64,000 nucleotides of DNA from an uncultured Bacteroidales bacterium (GTDB lineage Bacteria; Bacteroidota; Bacteroidia; Bacteroidales; FEN-979), in NCBI GenBank assembly GCA_903828645.1, contig CAIKNA010000127.1:7855-71854 (forward strand), written 5' to 3'. Below are positions 18,178 to 28,339 of the stretch, in pieces (positions within the stretch are counted from its first letter, which is position 1; each line of letters starts with the position of its first letter). The position numbers were made by a program, and so were the translations under genes. The notes beneath the pieces are model-generated. The model had not been told where the DNA came from. It worked only from the letters and a program-made list of their open reading frames with translations, and did no database searches.

Positions 18178-19296
18178 ATGAAACAGATTTTTCTTGTTAT
18201 CGGTTTATTCTTTGTTCTTGCGGGTTGCGGGAGCAAAGACGGAGATAAAAAAGCCCGGTTGGAACAGCTCAAAAAAGATCATGACAAGCTTACGGAAGAG
18301 ATCATGAAACTCGAAAAGGAGCTTACTCCGGCAAATGCCGTATCTTCAACCCTTGTTACCGTTGAAACACTCACAAAAAAGAGTTTCGAACACTACATTG
18401 AAGTTCAGGGCAGAATCGACGGGAATGACAACATTGCAGTAAGTCCGCGAAACCAGGGTGGTACGGTGACCAAAATCCTTGTTCATGAAGGCGACATGGT
18501 TGCGAAGGACCAGGTGCTTGCCGAGCTTGACGCAGATGTGCTGAAGCAGCAGCTGACAGATCTCCGCAATAAATTTGCCTTCGTTACCGATCTTTATAAT
18601 CGCCAGCGAATCCTGTGGGATCAGAAAATCGGTTCTGAAGTACAGTATCTGAAGGCAAAAAACGACATGGAAGCGGTACAGAACGGCATCGCCACCCTGG
18701 ACGAGCAGATCAAAATGTCGGTGATTACTTCGCCTATCAGCGGCACCGTTGAAGATATCCCGATCAAGGTCGGGCAATTTGCCTCTCCCGCCTCACCCAT
18801 TCCTGCGTTCCGTATCGTCAATTTTTCGAAAGCCAAAGCATTGGCCGACGTCGGGGAAGCCTATTCTTCAAAAGTAAATACCGGCGACCAGGTGAAAATA
18901 TTTTTACCCGATCTCAACAAGGAGTTTACAGAGAAGATAACCTTTGCCAGTAAATATATCAATCCGACCAACCGCACATTTCTTGTAGAAGCGGCACTCT
19001 CCTCATCCGATGTTGTGTTCCGCGCCAACATGATTGCAGTGCTCCGCATCAAGGATTATGAGAACGGCGCAGCCATTGCCATCCCGCAAAACTACATCCA
19101 GAATTCAAGGGACGAAGGCCAGTTTGTTTTTGTGGCCGCAGAGGAAAATGGAAAGAAAGTCGCCCGCAAACGCACCATTACCCCTTACGTAACCTATAAT
19201 GGCCTCACGGAAGTTGTCCATGGACTGAATGAAGGGGATAGAATCATTACGGCCGGGTTTAAAGATCTTTACAATGGTCAGCCCATCGACTACTAA
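18178..19296 (+). CDS. Efflux RND transporter periplasmic adaptor subunit (HlyD/MFP family)
   Basis: It has a lipoprotein signal (LFFVLAGCGS), a coiled-coil segment and a barrel-sandwich pattern. The start is set at MKQIFLV (18178) rather than the ORF-track 18100. Confidence 0.85.
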   Translation: MKQIFLVIGLFFVLAGCGSKDGDKKARLEQLKKDHDKLTEEIMKLEKELTPANAVSSTLVTVETLTKKSFEHYIEVQGRIDGNDNIAVSPRNQGGTVTKILVHEGDMVAKDQVLAELDADVLKQQLTDLRNKFAFVTDLYNRQRILWDQKIGSEVQYLKAKNDMEAVQNGIATLDEQIKMSVITSPISGTVEDIPIKVGQFASPASPIPAFRIVNFSKAKALADVGEAYSSKVNTGDQVKIFLPDLNKEFTEKITFASKYINPTNRTFLVEAALSSSDVVFRANMIAVLRIKDYENGAAIAIPQNYIQNSRDEGQFVFVAAEENGKKVARKRTITPYVTYNGLTEVVHGLNEGDRIITAGFKDLYNGQPIDY

Positions 19297-19308
19297 TCTG
19301 AACCGGAA

Positions 19309-22300
19309 ATGAAAGAAAACAAACATAAACTCAAGGAGTTTTTTGCGACAAGCTGGTCCATTGACAACAAGGTGAGTATTTATGTGCTCACCATCATCAT
19401 CACCGCACTTGGAGTATTGTCATACCTGAACATTCCGAAAGAACAATTTCCCGAAATTGTCATCCCGACCATCCTGGTGAATACGGCTTACCCGGGTACC
19501 TCACCCGAGGATATGGAAAACCTGGTGACACGTCCCATTGAAAAAGAGTGTAAGTCGCTGGCTGACGTTAAAAAAATCACGAGCAACTCAATCCAGGATT
19601 TCTCCTCCATCGTCGTTGAATTCAACCCCGGAATTGATGTGTCGCAGGCTAAACAGCGTGTGCGCGATGCCGTTGACAAGGCCAAAACGAACCTGCCGAA
19701 CAACCTTCCGAAAGATCCTGACATTAAAGAATTTGACATCTCGGAGATCCCGATCATGAATATCAACCTTGCAGGAGATTACGACCTTCAGCGGCTGAAA
19801 AAGTATGCCGAAGATGCCCAGGATAAAATCGAAACGCTGAAGGAGATCACCCGGGTCGACATCGTTGGCGCCCTTGAACGTGAAATCCAGATCGATGTGG
19901 ATATGTATAAGATGCAGGCGGCCAGTGTGTCGTTCCGCGACATTGAATCGGCTGTTTCAGCAGAGAATGTCACGGTTTCTGCGGGAACGATCACCTCTTT
20001 CGGCACCAAATACACGATCCGCCTTGCGGGACAGTTCAAATCGCCCGATCAGATCAAGACGATTCTTCTTAAATCGGCCAGCGGGGCAATGGTTTATATA
20101 CAGGACGTTGCAGATGTAAAGGATTCATTCAAGGACCAGGAAAGTTTTGCGCGTCTTGACGGAAAAAATGTAATCACGCTGAACGTGATCAAGAAAAGCG
20201 GAGAAAACCTGATCAATGCATCCGATAAAATCAAGGAGATCATGGACGGGATGCAAAAGAACTCCTATCCCCCCGATCTGAAGGTGAACATTACCGGCGA
20301 TCAGTCGCGTTTTACAAAAAGCACGCTGGAAGAGCTGAACAACACGATCATCATCGGGTTCATCATGGTGGTGGTTGTCCTGATGTTCTTCATGGGACTC
20401 AACAATGCTTTTTTTGTTGCATTGTCTGTACCGCTTTCCATGTTTGTTGCTTACCTGATCATGCCCAGCCTGGGCTTCACCATGAACATGATCGTCATGT
20501 TCGGCTTTATCTTTGCGCTGGGGATCATTGTCGATGATGCCATTGTGGTCATTGAGAACACCCACCGGCTGCACAGGGGCGAGCCCGATATTGTGAAGGC
20601 GGCGAAACACGCCGCCGGGGAGGTCTTCCTGCCCATCCTCTCGGGAACGCTCACCACCCTTGCCCCCTTCTTCCCGCTGGCCTTCTGGCCGGGTATTGTC
20701 GGGAAATTCATGCATTTCATGCCGGTCACCCTGATCCTGACTCTTTTTGCCTCCCTTTTCGTGGCTTATATCATCAACCCCGTGTTTGCAGTTACCTTCA
20801 TGAAGCACGAGTACGAGGTGGTGGAACATAAAACAGACCGGAAAAGACTGATGATCGTCAGCGGGATATTCCTGGCTCTTGCCCTGATCTCTTACTTTGC
20901 CGGCGGGTTTGCCCTTGCCAACATTTTAATCTTTTGCCTGTTGATCAATGCTTTGTACAGGCTGGTGATCAAAGGTGCCATCATAGGATTCCAGACAACT
21001 GCATGGCCCTGGGTGCTGCACATGTATGAGCGGACACTCCAGTTCTCCTTAAGTGGCCGGAAACCCTGGTATATCCTTGGCCTGGTGATCTCATTGTTGT
21101 TTTTCAGCTTTTTTCTCATCGGGGTTACCAAGCCAAAGGTGCTTTTCTTTCCAAACAACAATCCGACCTATGTAAATGTTTATATCAAGATGCCGGAAGG
21201 CACCGACCAAAACATAACCGATTCGGTGACCACCCTGGTGGAAAAACGAGTGACCACGGTGTTGGGCAGTAAAAATCCCGTTGTCGAATCGATCATTACC
21301 AATGTCGGATTCGGAGCCGGCGACAATATGTTTGATCGCTCGGTTTCTTCAAACAAAGGGAAGGTGACCATCAATTTTACCGAAAGCAAATTCAGGAAGG
21401 GCGTTTCCACCCAGGATATCATGGATAAAATCAGGGCAAACCTGAAAAACATCCCCGGTGCAACGATCAGCGTGGAGAAAAACCGGATGGGCCCTCCCAC
21501 CGGCAAGCCTATCAACATTGAGGTCTCAGGTGAAAACATGGAGAACCTGATCGCCACGTCAGTCAATTTCAAATCCTATCTCGACTCCCTGCGAATCCCC
21601 GGCATTGAACAGCTCAAATCAGATTTTGACGACAACAAGCCCGAGATCATCATCGACATCGACCGGGTGCGGGCAAACCGCGAAGGCTTATCACTGGGAC
21701 AGATCGGGCTTGAATTGCGCACGGCCATCTTCGGGAAAGAGATATCGAAATACAAGGAGGATGAGGATGAATATCCCATCCAGTTGAGATACTCGGAGAA
21801 AGAGCGCACAAATGTGAACAAGATCATCAATGCAAAAATCACTTACCGTGATATGAATTCGGGCCAGTTGCGCCAGATTCCCATTTCATCGGTGGCGACC
21901 ATTCATTACAGGGATACCTATGGCGGCATCAAACGCAAAAACCTGAAAAGGGTGATCACCCTTTCGTCGGAAGTATTGTCGGGATACACTGCCAACGAGG
22001 TTGTTGCTATGATCAACAAATCATTGCCGGCCTACAACCTGACGAAGGGTGTGGAGATCAATCTTACGGGTGAGCGTGAAGACCAGGCAGAAACGATGGT
22101 TTTCCTTATCAAGGCGATGATGATCGCCATCGGACTCATCTTTTTTATCCTGATCACCCAGTTTGGTTCGCTCAGCAAATCCCTGATCATTCTCAGTGAA
22201 GTGATCTTTAGTGTGATCGGGGTACTGCTGGGAATCGCCATTTTCGGAATGTCCATCAGCGTGATCATGACCGGGCTTGGTGTTGTCGCCCTTGGCGGTA

Positions 22301-22698
22301 TCGTTGTAAGGAACGGGATCCTGATCGTTGAATTCGGAGATGTACTCAAAGCACGCGGGCTGAGGACCAGGGAGGCCATCATCCAGGCCGGGAAAACAAG
22401 GATCACCCCGGTGGTGCTGACAGCTACGGCGACAATGCTTGGTCTTGTGCCACTTGCCGTTGGAATGAACATCAACTTCGTGACCCTGTTTACCGAACTG
22501 AACCCGCACCTCTACTTTGGAGGTGACAATGTCGCCTTCTGGGGGCCCCTCTCGTGGACCATCATCTTCGGGTTGAGTTTTGCCACATTTCTGACACTGG
22601 TATTCGTACCTGCGATGGTACTGATAGATGCACAGATGATTGCGGGTATAAGGCGGAGAAGATCAAACCGCCTCGCCAGGAAACGGGTAAAGGGTTAA
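19309..22698 (+). CDS. RND efflux permease (AcrB/AcrD/AcrF-like)
   Basis: 1129-aa ORF with two large periplasmic loops and about 12 TM segments. It carries conserved GIIVDDAIVVIEN and GIVVRNGILIVEF motifs. Confidence 0.9.
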   Translation: MKENKHKLKEFFATSWSIDNKVSIYVLTIIITALGVLSYLNIPKEQFPEIVIPTILVNTAYPGTSPEDMENLVTRPIEKECKSLADVKKITSNSIQDFSSIVVEFNPGIDVSQAKQRVRDAVDKAKTNLPNNLPKDPDIKEFDISEIPIMNINLAGDYDLQRLKKYAEDAQDKIETLKEITRVDIVGALEREIQIDVDMYKMQAASVSFRDIESAVSAENVTVSAGTITSFGTKYTIRLAGQFKSPDQIKTILLKSASGAMVYIQDVADVKDSFKDQESFARLDGKNVITLNVIKKSGENLINASDKIKEIMDGMQKNSYPPDLKVNITGDQSRFTKSTLEELNNTIIIGFIMVVVVLMFFMGLNNAFFVALSVPLSMFVAYLIMPSLGFTMNMIVMFGFIFALGIIVDDAIVVIENTHRLHRGEPDIVKAAKHAAGEVFLPILSGTLTTLAPFFPLAFWPGIVGKFMHFMPVTLILTLFASLFVAYIINPVFAVTFMKHEYEVVEHKTDRKRLMIVSGIFLALALISYFAGGFALANILIFCLLINALYRLVIKGAIIGFQTTAWPWVLHMYERTLQFSLSGRKPWYILGLVISLLFFSFFLIGVTKPKVLFFPNNNPTYVNVYIKMPEGTDQNITDSVTTLVEKRVTTVLGSKNPVVESIITNVGFGAGDNMFDRSVSSNKGKVTINFTESKFRKGVSTQDIMDKIRANLKNIPGATISVEKNRMGPPTGKPINIEVSGENMENLIATSVNFKSYLDSLRIPGIEQLKSDFDDNKPEIIIDIDRVRANREGLSLGQIGLELRTAIFGKEISKYKEDEDEYPIQLRYSEKERTNVNKIINAKITYRDMNSGQLRQIPISSVATIHYRDTYGGIKRKNLKRVITLSSEVLSGYTANEVVAMINKSLPAYNLTKGVEINLTGEREDQAETMVFLIKAMMIAIGLIFFILITQFGSLSKSLIILSEVIFSVIGVLLGIAIFGMSISVIMTGLGVVALGGIVVRNGILIVEFGDVLKARGLRTREAIIQAGKTRITPVVLTATATMLGLVPLAVGMNINFVTLFTELNPHLYFGGDNVAFWGPLSWTIIFGLSFATFLTLVFVPAMVLIDAQMIAGIRRRRSNRLARKRVKG

Positions 22699-22730
22699 AA
22701 AAACACTTTTACCAGCTCTGCGGGGTTTTA

Positions 22731-24104
22731 TCAGAATTTCTCAAGCAGCTTGGACAACTTGATCTTATTGCTCAATACGGTATAGATTGATTGCATGTAG
22801 TCGCTGTTGGCGAGAAGAAACTGGTTGTAACGCTGATTCAGATCGGTACTTCCAACCATGCCCTGTTTGTATTTTTTCATCGTTTTTTCGTAGATCTTCA
22901 GGGCCGTTTGAAATCCCTTAACCTTATTCTGATAGATGGCATAGGCATTGCTGAAATCGGTTTTGGCTGTGGCTACCTGCAGTTCAAGACCTACCCGTAT
23001 TTTCTCATCGGTTACCTTGGTCTTTGCAACATTGAGTCTTGCCTGGTCAACGCTGTACTTGCGGCTGCCGCTGCTCCAGATAGGCACCTGCAGGGAGACG
23101 CCAAAAATCACCGTGGGGTACCAGACCTCAGAGGTTTTAAAAAGGTTCCAGACATTCCTCTGCGCCATGGTAGAGCCACTTAAGAACCCCGAGAGGGTTG
23201 GCTGATAGGCTGTTTTGGCAAGTTTATATTGCATCAGGGTGAGGTAATCAGCCTTTTTCAGCAACACGTAATCAAGGTTTGAATTGTAGTCAAAAGGCTG
23301 GTTGATCAGGGCATCATGGTTTACCTGGGCGAGGAAAAAGTCAACATTGTCGGTTTGTTCCAGCTCCTGGTTGTCTTTCAGCCCTACTAAAAATTTGAGG
23401 CTGGCATAACCCAGGTTGCGTAAATTTCTTGTATAGGTTATGGTCGCTTCCAGGTTCGATTTGTTCAAATCGGCCTGGTCCACCTCGATATCTTCGATCA
23501 GGCCGGCTTCATAACTCTTCCGGGCTTCATCAACCAACTTGCTTACCACCACATAGGTGGAATCAAGAATTTTGATTCCTTCGTCAACCACCAGCAGGCG
23601 GATGTAGGTATCGGCAACCTGGTCGCGGACATCGACTTTATCCCTGACATTTTTCTGCTTGGAGGTTTCAAGGAATGCTTTGGCAGTTTGCAAACCGACA
23701 AGGTATTGGCCGCTGTAAATGAGCTGCGACAGCGTGGCCTTGAGGGTGGCATTGTATTCTGTCCCGAACTGCACCGGGATAAAAGTACCTGGCTTTTGCA
23801 TGATCTCTCCCGGCAGCAGGGTGGTCGGGATCACCAGGTAATTCGCATAATCGACGTTCGCATTGATCTGCGGCAATCCAATGGAGGTGTTCTGCTTCAC
23901 CATTTTTCGTGCAATCTCCACGTCAGTCGTGGAATTTTTCAGGTCGTAGTTGTTTTCGTAAGCAAAAGCCTGCGCCTGTTCAAGCGAAAAACGCATTACC
24001 TCCTTTTGGGGTGTTGCCACAGCCTTTTGAGCCATGGATATGGTCGCTGTAAACAGGTAAAAAATAAGGAGCGGGAAGAAAAGCCGGTAGTTCATCTGGG
24101 TCAA
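22731..24104 (-). CDS. TolC-family outer membrane efflux protein
   Basis: 457-aa ORF with a signal peptide and a duplicated outer-membrane-efflux repeat architecture. It overlaps the upstream TetR gene by 4 bp. Confidence 0.8.
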   Translation of the reverse strand: MTQMNYRLFFPLLIFYLFTATISMAQKAVATPQKEVMRFSLEQAQAFAYENNYDLKNSTTDVEIARKMVKQNTSIGLPQINANVDYANYLVIPTTLLPGEIMQKPGTFIPVQFGTEYNATLKATLSQLIYSGQYLVGLQTAKAFLETSKQKNVRDKVDVRDQVADTYIRLLVVDEGIKILDSTYVVVSKLVDEARKSYEAGLIEDIEVDQADLNKSNLEATITYTRNLRNLGYASLKFLVGLKDNQELEQTDNVDFFLAQVNHDALINQPFDYNSNLDYVLLKKADYLTLMQYKLAKTAYQPTLSGFLSGSTMAQRNVWNLFKTSEVWYPTVIFGVSLQVPIWSSGSRKYSVDQARLNVAKTKVTDEKIRVGLELQVATAKTDFSNAYAIYQNKVKGFQTALKIYEKTMKKYKQGMVGSTDLNQRYNQFLLANSDYMQSIYTVLSNKIKLSKLLEKF

Positions 24105-24727
24105 TTAAATTTTTTAAAGTTAACCTTCCGTTTTTGTTTTTCATAATAGTCAATCCCGTTGGCGTTTGCTATGCCACGGATGAAATTGTCGAACATGACA
24201 TCGAAAAGGGTCTGGAATGAAAATTTGTCGGCCGGGAAAAATTCCGGGTTATGAAGGTCTATCAACCGTCGCATATAAAGCCGGGCAACCAGTTCGATGC
24301 TGAGATCGTCACGGTACATTCCCTGGCTGATTCCTTTCTGGAGATTGATCTGTATCTTGTCGTAAATAAATTCAATACGCTCATCGATATGCCTGTGATA
24401 AATATCGGGGTAATATTTTTTCAGGTCGAATGTCATTGAAGGACTTACATCGCGGAAACGCTCGCCAAGGTCGCGGCTCACGATGAGCAGGATGTCAATG
24501 GCATTGACCCCTTCAAAATTATGGATGTCGAAAATGATCTCGAAATTCTGTCTTTCAAGCTCCAATAACCTGGAAACCAGTTCGGTCTTGCTTGCAAAAA
24601 ATTTGTACAATTTCTTTTTTGACATTCCAAGATCACGACAGATGTCATCAACGGAAACACTTCGTACTCCGTATTTATAAAAAAGTTCTCTGACTCTTTC
24701 CAGAATGTCGACCAACGCTTTATCCAT
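24101..24727 (-). CDS. TetR/AcrR-family transcriptional regulator
   Basis: 208-aa ORF with an N-terminal helix-turn-helix (YGVRSVSVDDICRDLGMSKKKLYKFF). It is a paralogue of ORF 17423..18046. Confidence 0.85.
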   Translation of the reverse strand: MDKALVDILERVRELFYKYGVRSVSVDDICRDLGMSKKKLYKFFASKTELVSRLLELERQNFEIIFDIHNFEGVNAIDILLIVSRDLGERFRDVSPSMTFDLKKYYPDIYHRHIDERIEFIYDKIQINLQKGISQGMYRDDLSIELVARLYMRRLIDLHNPEFFPADKFSFQTLFDVMFDNFIRGIANANGIDYYEKQKRKVNFKKFN

Positions 24728-24747
24728 TCAATTCTTCCAAATTAGGT

Positions 24748-24775
24748 ATCCGGTTCTAAGAAAGAAACACCGGAT
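24748..24775. promoter_or_regulatory. Inverted repeat ATCCGGT-N14-ACCGGAT, candidate operator of the TetR-TolC operon
   Basis: The 7-bp arms are at 24748-24754 and 24769-24775. They lie between the candidate -7 box (24827-24834) and the TetR ATG (24727). Confidence 0.3.
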
Positions 24776-24826
24776 TGCAATCGTTTTTAACATCGTTGAG
24801 CCATGGATTATTCTCCTGAGGCGAGA

Positions 24827-24834
24827 CAAAGGTA
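24827..24834 (-). promoter_or_regulatory. -7 box TACCTTTG for the TetR-TolC operon
   Basis: It matches TAnnTTTG on the minus strand, 100 nt upstream of the ATG at 24727. Confidence 0.4.
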
Positions 24835-24891
24835 GGAATATTTCGGGAACAAGAAACAAAACAGGGGTAAAAAGTTTCTGCCGGAACCATG

Positions 24892-26451
24892 CTAATCAAC
24901 AACCATTTTGCGCTTGACAGACAGGTTTTCGCTGATAAGCGAGTAATAGTAAACCCCGGGGGCAAGGCCATAAGCCCGCCGGTCGAACTGCTCAATATGC
25001 TTCCCGGCCGGAACCTGTACATTTGAAACCAGCATGGCCACCTCCTGCCCGTACATGTCATATACTTCAAGGCTGACCCTGGCCGGAACATATGTCTTGT
25101 AGGAGATATAGGTGACATCATGCACAGGATTCGGGTAGTTCTGTTCCAGTGAAAAGGGCACCGCTTTTTCTTTCTCAGGGCATATCCCGGTAAAGACACT
25201 GTCGACAAGTGCGGTCATGATGGTTAAATTACCGCTGCTGAGCCGCGTCCACACGGGTCGAACGATGTTGTTGTACGCCACAATATTGGTGTAATCGCCA
25301 AAAAAAACCGAAGAAACCGGGTCGAATGGCGTTTCGCTCACCCTGAAATTACGGAAAGTCTCGCCTCCGTCCTTCGACACAGCCATGTAAACATCGGTGA
25401 GATTATCATTATAATTGCGACGGTCGTAAAAAACGGTATAGATAAATCCGGTTGACTGGTCAATCGTCATCCAGGTAAAAAACTGCTGGCGTCCGGCAGG
25501 GTCATCGTTAACCCGTTTTGGCAGGGTCCAGCTCGTGCCGCCATCGGTTGATTTGATGATCCATACATCCGTGTCATCAGGTCCATTGCGCTGATCCGAC
25601 CAGTTGATATAGATTGTTCCGCGGGAGGGCCCATGGCTCAGGTCACAACAGGTAACAGGCAGTCCGTTGGCTCGATAAATTCCCGGTACTGCAAAATCCC
25701 ACCCGCCGGGGATGTCGCCGATCACCAGGTTGCTGTCGGGCCAGGTAATACCTCCATCGGTCGATTTGGTGAAAACAAGCCCTTGCGGGCCGGCCCAGGA
25801 TACATAAATCTCACCATTGGGACCCACTGCAGGAACCGCACCTTCCACCGTATTGTCCTGGTCGAGGCAATCGCCGGCTTTCCGGTTGATCCGCTTCGCG
25901 GCACTCCAGGTTGCCCCCCCATTCAGCGATCGGCTGAAAAGGATGTTGGAACTGTCGGGTGGAGCAGCGCTGTTATAGGCATCAAACTGGGTCCAGCAGG
26001 TGTAAATGGCATTGTTAAAAGGGTTGACCACTGCCCACTCCTTGTCCTGGTCCCTCGTTCCGTTCAATCCCATAAATGAACCATCGTTCCATGTCTGCCC
26101 CCCGTTAAAGGACTTCTGACAAACAATCCGGTCGAGCCACTGTGGCCAGGTAGGAACCGAAAGATGGAAGAAATAAAAACTTCCGGCCGTATCGGCAATC
26201 ACCACGGGGTCGCCCCAAACGCCATAGCTTGATGTAAGCACCCCCGGCGTCCATGTAACTCCTCCGTCGGATGAATAATAGTAGTTATCGGTATTCGCCC
26301 CGGCGACCAGCTGTGACGGGTTCCTGGGATTCATGCAAATGGAAGGCTCGTTGGGGCTGCTCACAGTTCCGATGAGAATGTTGGGATACTGGGCTTTTAC
26401 CCCTGCGGAAAAAGCGATCAGCATCATGAGAATAAAAATGAGCTTACGCAT
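24892..26451 (-). CDS. BNR/Asp-box six-bladed beta-propeller protein (sialidase superfamily fold) with T9SS C-terminal domain
   Basis: 519-aa ORF with a signal peptide and six Asp-box motifs (SSDGGVTW, SFNGGQTW, SLNGGATW, STDGGITW, STDGGTSW, SKDGGETF). The C-terminus (NYPNPVHDVTYISY...GVYYYSLISENLSVKRKMVVD) looks like a T9SS CTD. Confidence 0.8.
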   Translation of the reverse strand: MRKLIFILMMLIAFSAGVKAQYPNILIGTVSSPNEPSICMNPRNPSQLVAGANTDNYYYSSDGGVTWTPGVLTSSYGVWGDPVVIADTAGSFYFFHLSVPTWPQWLDRIVCQKSFNGGQTWNDGSFMGLNGTRDQDKEWAVVNPFNNAIYTCWTQFDAYNSAAPPDSSNILFSRSLNGGATWSAAKRINRKAGDCLDQDNTVEGAVPAVGPNGEIYVSWAGPQGLVFTKSTDGGITWPDSNLVIGDIPGGWDFAVPGIYRANGLPVTCCDLSHGPSRGTIYINWSDQRNGPDDTDVWIIKSTDGGTSWTLPKRVNDDPAGRQQFFTWMTIDQSTGFIYTVFYDRRNYNDNLTDVYMAVSKDGGETFRNFRVSETPFDPVSSVFFGDYTNIVAYNNIVRPVWTRLSSGNLTIMTALVDSVFTGICPEKEKAVPFSLEQNYPNPVHDVTYISYKTYVPARVSLEVYDMYGQEVAMLVSNVQVPAGKHIEQFDRRAYGLAPGVYYYSLISENLSVKRKMVVD

Positions 26452-26473
26452 TTTATCAGAATTGATGGTTTCG

Positions 26474-26481
26474 CAAAAATA
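26474..26481 (-). promoter_or_regulatory. -7 box TATTTTTG for the BNR propeller gene
   Basis: It matches TAnnTTTG on the minus strand, 23 nt upstream of the ATG at 26451. Confidence 0.45.
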
Positions 26482-26525
26482 GCTAAAAATGACCCATGAA
26501 CCTCCTGAAGTACCGTTTTTTTATG

Positions 26526-26533
26526 TATGTTTG
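26526..26533 (+). promoter_or_regulatory. -7 box TATGTTTG for the M14 peptidase gene
   Basis: TAnnTTTG lies 22 nt upstream of the ATG at 26555. Confidence 0.45.
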
Positions 26534-26554
26534 ACAACTTAGCAATGATTCAAC

Positions 26555-28339
26555 ATGAGACGATTCAAACTGTTCCTGTACGGGCTGCTGCTCCTCCATG
26601 CTGCGGTGGCGCAAAACGCTGACTGGCGTACCTTTTATGAAATGTCCGGGAAAGTCGAAACACCCCGGTACCAGGCGACCATCGACTTTTGCAAAAAACT
26701 TGCCGGGGGGTCGGACAAAATTACCTATACCACTTTTGGCAGGAGCGCACAGGGCAGGGAGCTGCCACTTCTCATTCTCGACAGGCAAGGCCTCAGCGAT
26801 CCCGCAGCGATCCATGCTTCCGGCCGAACCATCCTGTTGATCCAGGCCTGCATCCATGCCGGGGAGTGCGAAGGCAAAGATGCCGGGCTGATGCTTTTCC
26901 GCGACCTGGCCATCTCTGATCCCGGGACAAAATTACTTGACAACGTATCCATCGTCTTTATTCCTATCTTCAATGTGGACGGGCATGAAAGGTTCGGACC
27001 TTTCAACCGTATCAACCAGAACGGGCCAAGGGAAATGGGATGGCGCACCACGTCGAACAACTTCAACCTCAACCGTGATTACCTGAAGGCCGATTCCCCT
27101 GAAATGCAGGCATGGCTTCGCATGTTCAACAAATGGATGCCCGACTTTTTTATTGACAGTCATACCACCGACGGAGCTGATTACCAGTACGTGCTTACCT
27201 ACCTGATGGAAATTTTAGGCGACATGGATGAAGGATTGTCCGGCTGGTCAAAAAACAATTTTATCAGCCAGATGCAGTCACACCTGAATTCAAAAGGGTT
27301 CCCGGTTTTTCCCTATGTTGAATTCCGCAACTGGCATGATCCCAGGAGCGGACTGATCAGCGAAGTTGCACCACCCATGCTTTCGCAGGGATACACCGCT
27401 CTCAGGAACCGCCCGGGGCTGCTCATTGAGACTCATATGCTCAAACCCTACCCTCAAAGGGTGGAGGCGACATACGAATGCATGCTGACAACCATCGAAA
27501 TCCTGAATAAGGAGTCGGAGAACCTGCATGCATTGATTCGCAAGGCTGATCAGTATGTGAGCAGCGAGGCCTTCATAAAAGCGCCTTTTCCGCTCCAGTT
27601 TGCAACCCGCAGGGAGGACAGCACCATGGTTAATTTCCTCGGTGTGGAATACAATGCGGTAAAGAGTGATCTCAGTGGCGGAGATTGGTTTAAATACAGC
27701 AACACCCCGGTGGTACTGCATATTCCTTACTTTTCCGTTGCACACCCTGTCATCACTGCAAAGTTGCCCTATGCATACCTCGTCCCGGCAGAGTGGGCCC
27801 TGGTAATTGAAAGGTTGAAAATCCATGGGATCAAAGTAACTGAATTGACCCGCGATGCAACCCTCAGGGTGACAACCTGCCGTTTTAAAAACCCGAAATG
27901 GCAGCAAAATCCATACGAAGGACGACACCCCATGACCAACATCGAATACGACGAAGTGGAAGAGACCCGGACATTTTCTGCCGGGTCGGCCCTGGTCGAA
28001 GTGATGCAGCCGGCGGGGCGGATCATTCCGCAAATCCTTGAGCCCAAAGGCAACGGGTCGTTTGTTTACTGGGGTTTCTTCGATGCCACTTTTGAACAAA
28101 AAGAGTACGGTGAGTCGTATGTGATTGAAAAAATGGCCCGCCAGATGATGGCCAATGATCCGAACCTGAAGGAGGAATTTGAACAGAAAAAGGCGACGGA
28201 TTCAGCCTTTGCAAAAAACCCGGATCTTATTCTCAACTGGTTTTACAACAAATCATTCTATGTCGACAGCCGGAAGGGGATCTACCCGGTCGGGAAAATT
28301 TATGATTTGAAAGCAGTCGAATCGCTCAGACAACAATGA
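26555..28339 (+). CDS. M14-family zinc metallocarboxypeptidase (secreted)
   Basis: 594-aa ORF with a signal peptide and an HxxE zinc-ligand motif in IQACIHAGECEG. It also has NVDGHERF and NLNRDY segments typical of M14. Confidence 0.75.
   Translation: MRRFKLFLYGLLLLHAAVAQNADWRTFYEMSGKVETPRYQATIDFCKKLAGGSDKITYTTFGRSAQGRELPLLILDRQGLSDPAAIHASGRTILLIQACIHAGECEGKDAGLMLFRDLAISDPGTKLLDNVSIVFIPIFNVDGHERFGPFNRINQNGPREMGWRTTSNNFNLNRDYLKADSPEMQAWLRMFNKWMPDFFIDSHTTDGADYQYVLTYLMEILGDMDEGLSGWSKNNFISQMQSHLNSKGFPVFPYVEFRNWHDPRSGLISEVAPPMLSQGYTALRNRPGLLIETHMLKPYPQRVEATYECMLTTIEILNKESENLHALIRKADQYVSSEAFIKAPFPLQFATRREDSTMVNFLGVEYNAVKSDLSGGDWFKYSNTPVVLHIPYFSVAHPVITAKLPYAYLVPAEWALVIERLKIHGIKVTELTRDATLRVTTCRFKNPKWQQNPYEGRHPMTNIEYDEVEETRTFSAGSALVEVMQPAGRIIPQILEPKGNGSFVYWGFFDATFEQKEYGESYVIEKMARQMMANDPNLKEEFEQKKATDSAFAKNPDLILNWFYNKSFYVDSRKGIYPVGKIYDLKAVESLRQQ

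Noticed and set aside
20125-20829. 234-aa minus-strand ORF inside the RND permease gene, plus similar ORFs at 22021..22509 and 27290..28099.
   Set aside because: They are antisense to strongly supported genes. Their composition is His/Asp/Gly-rich and they lack domain signatures.
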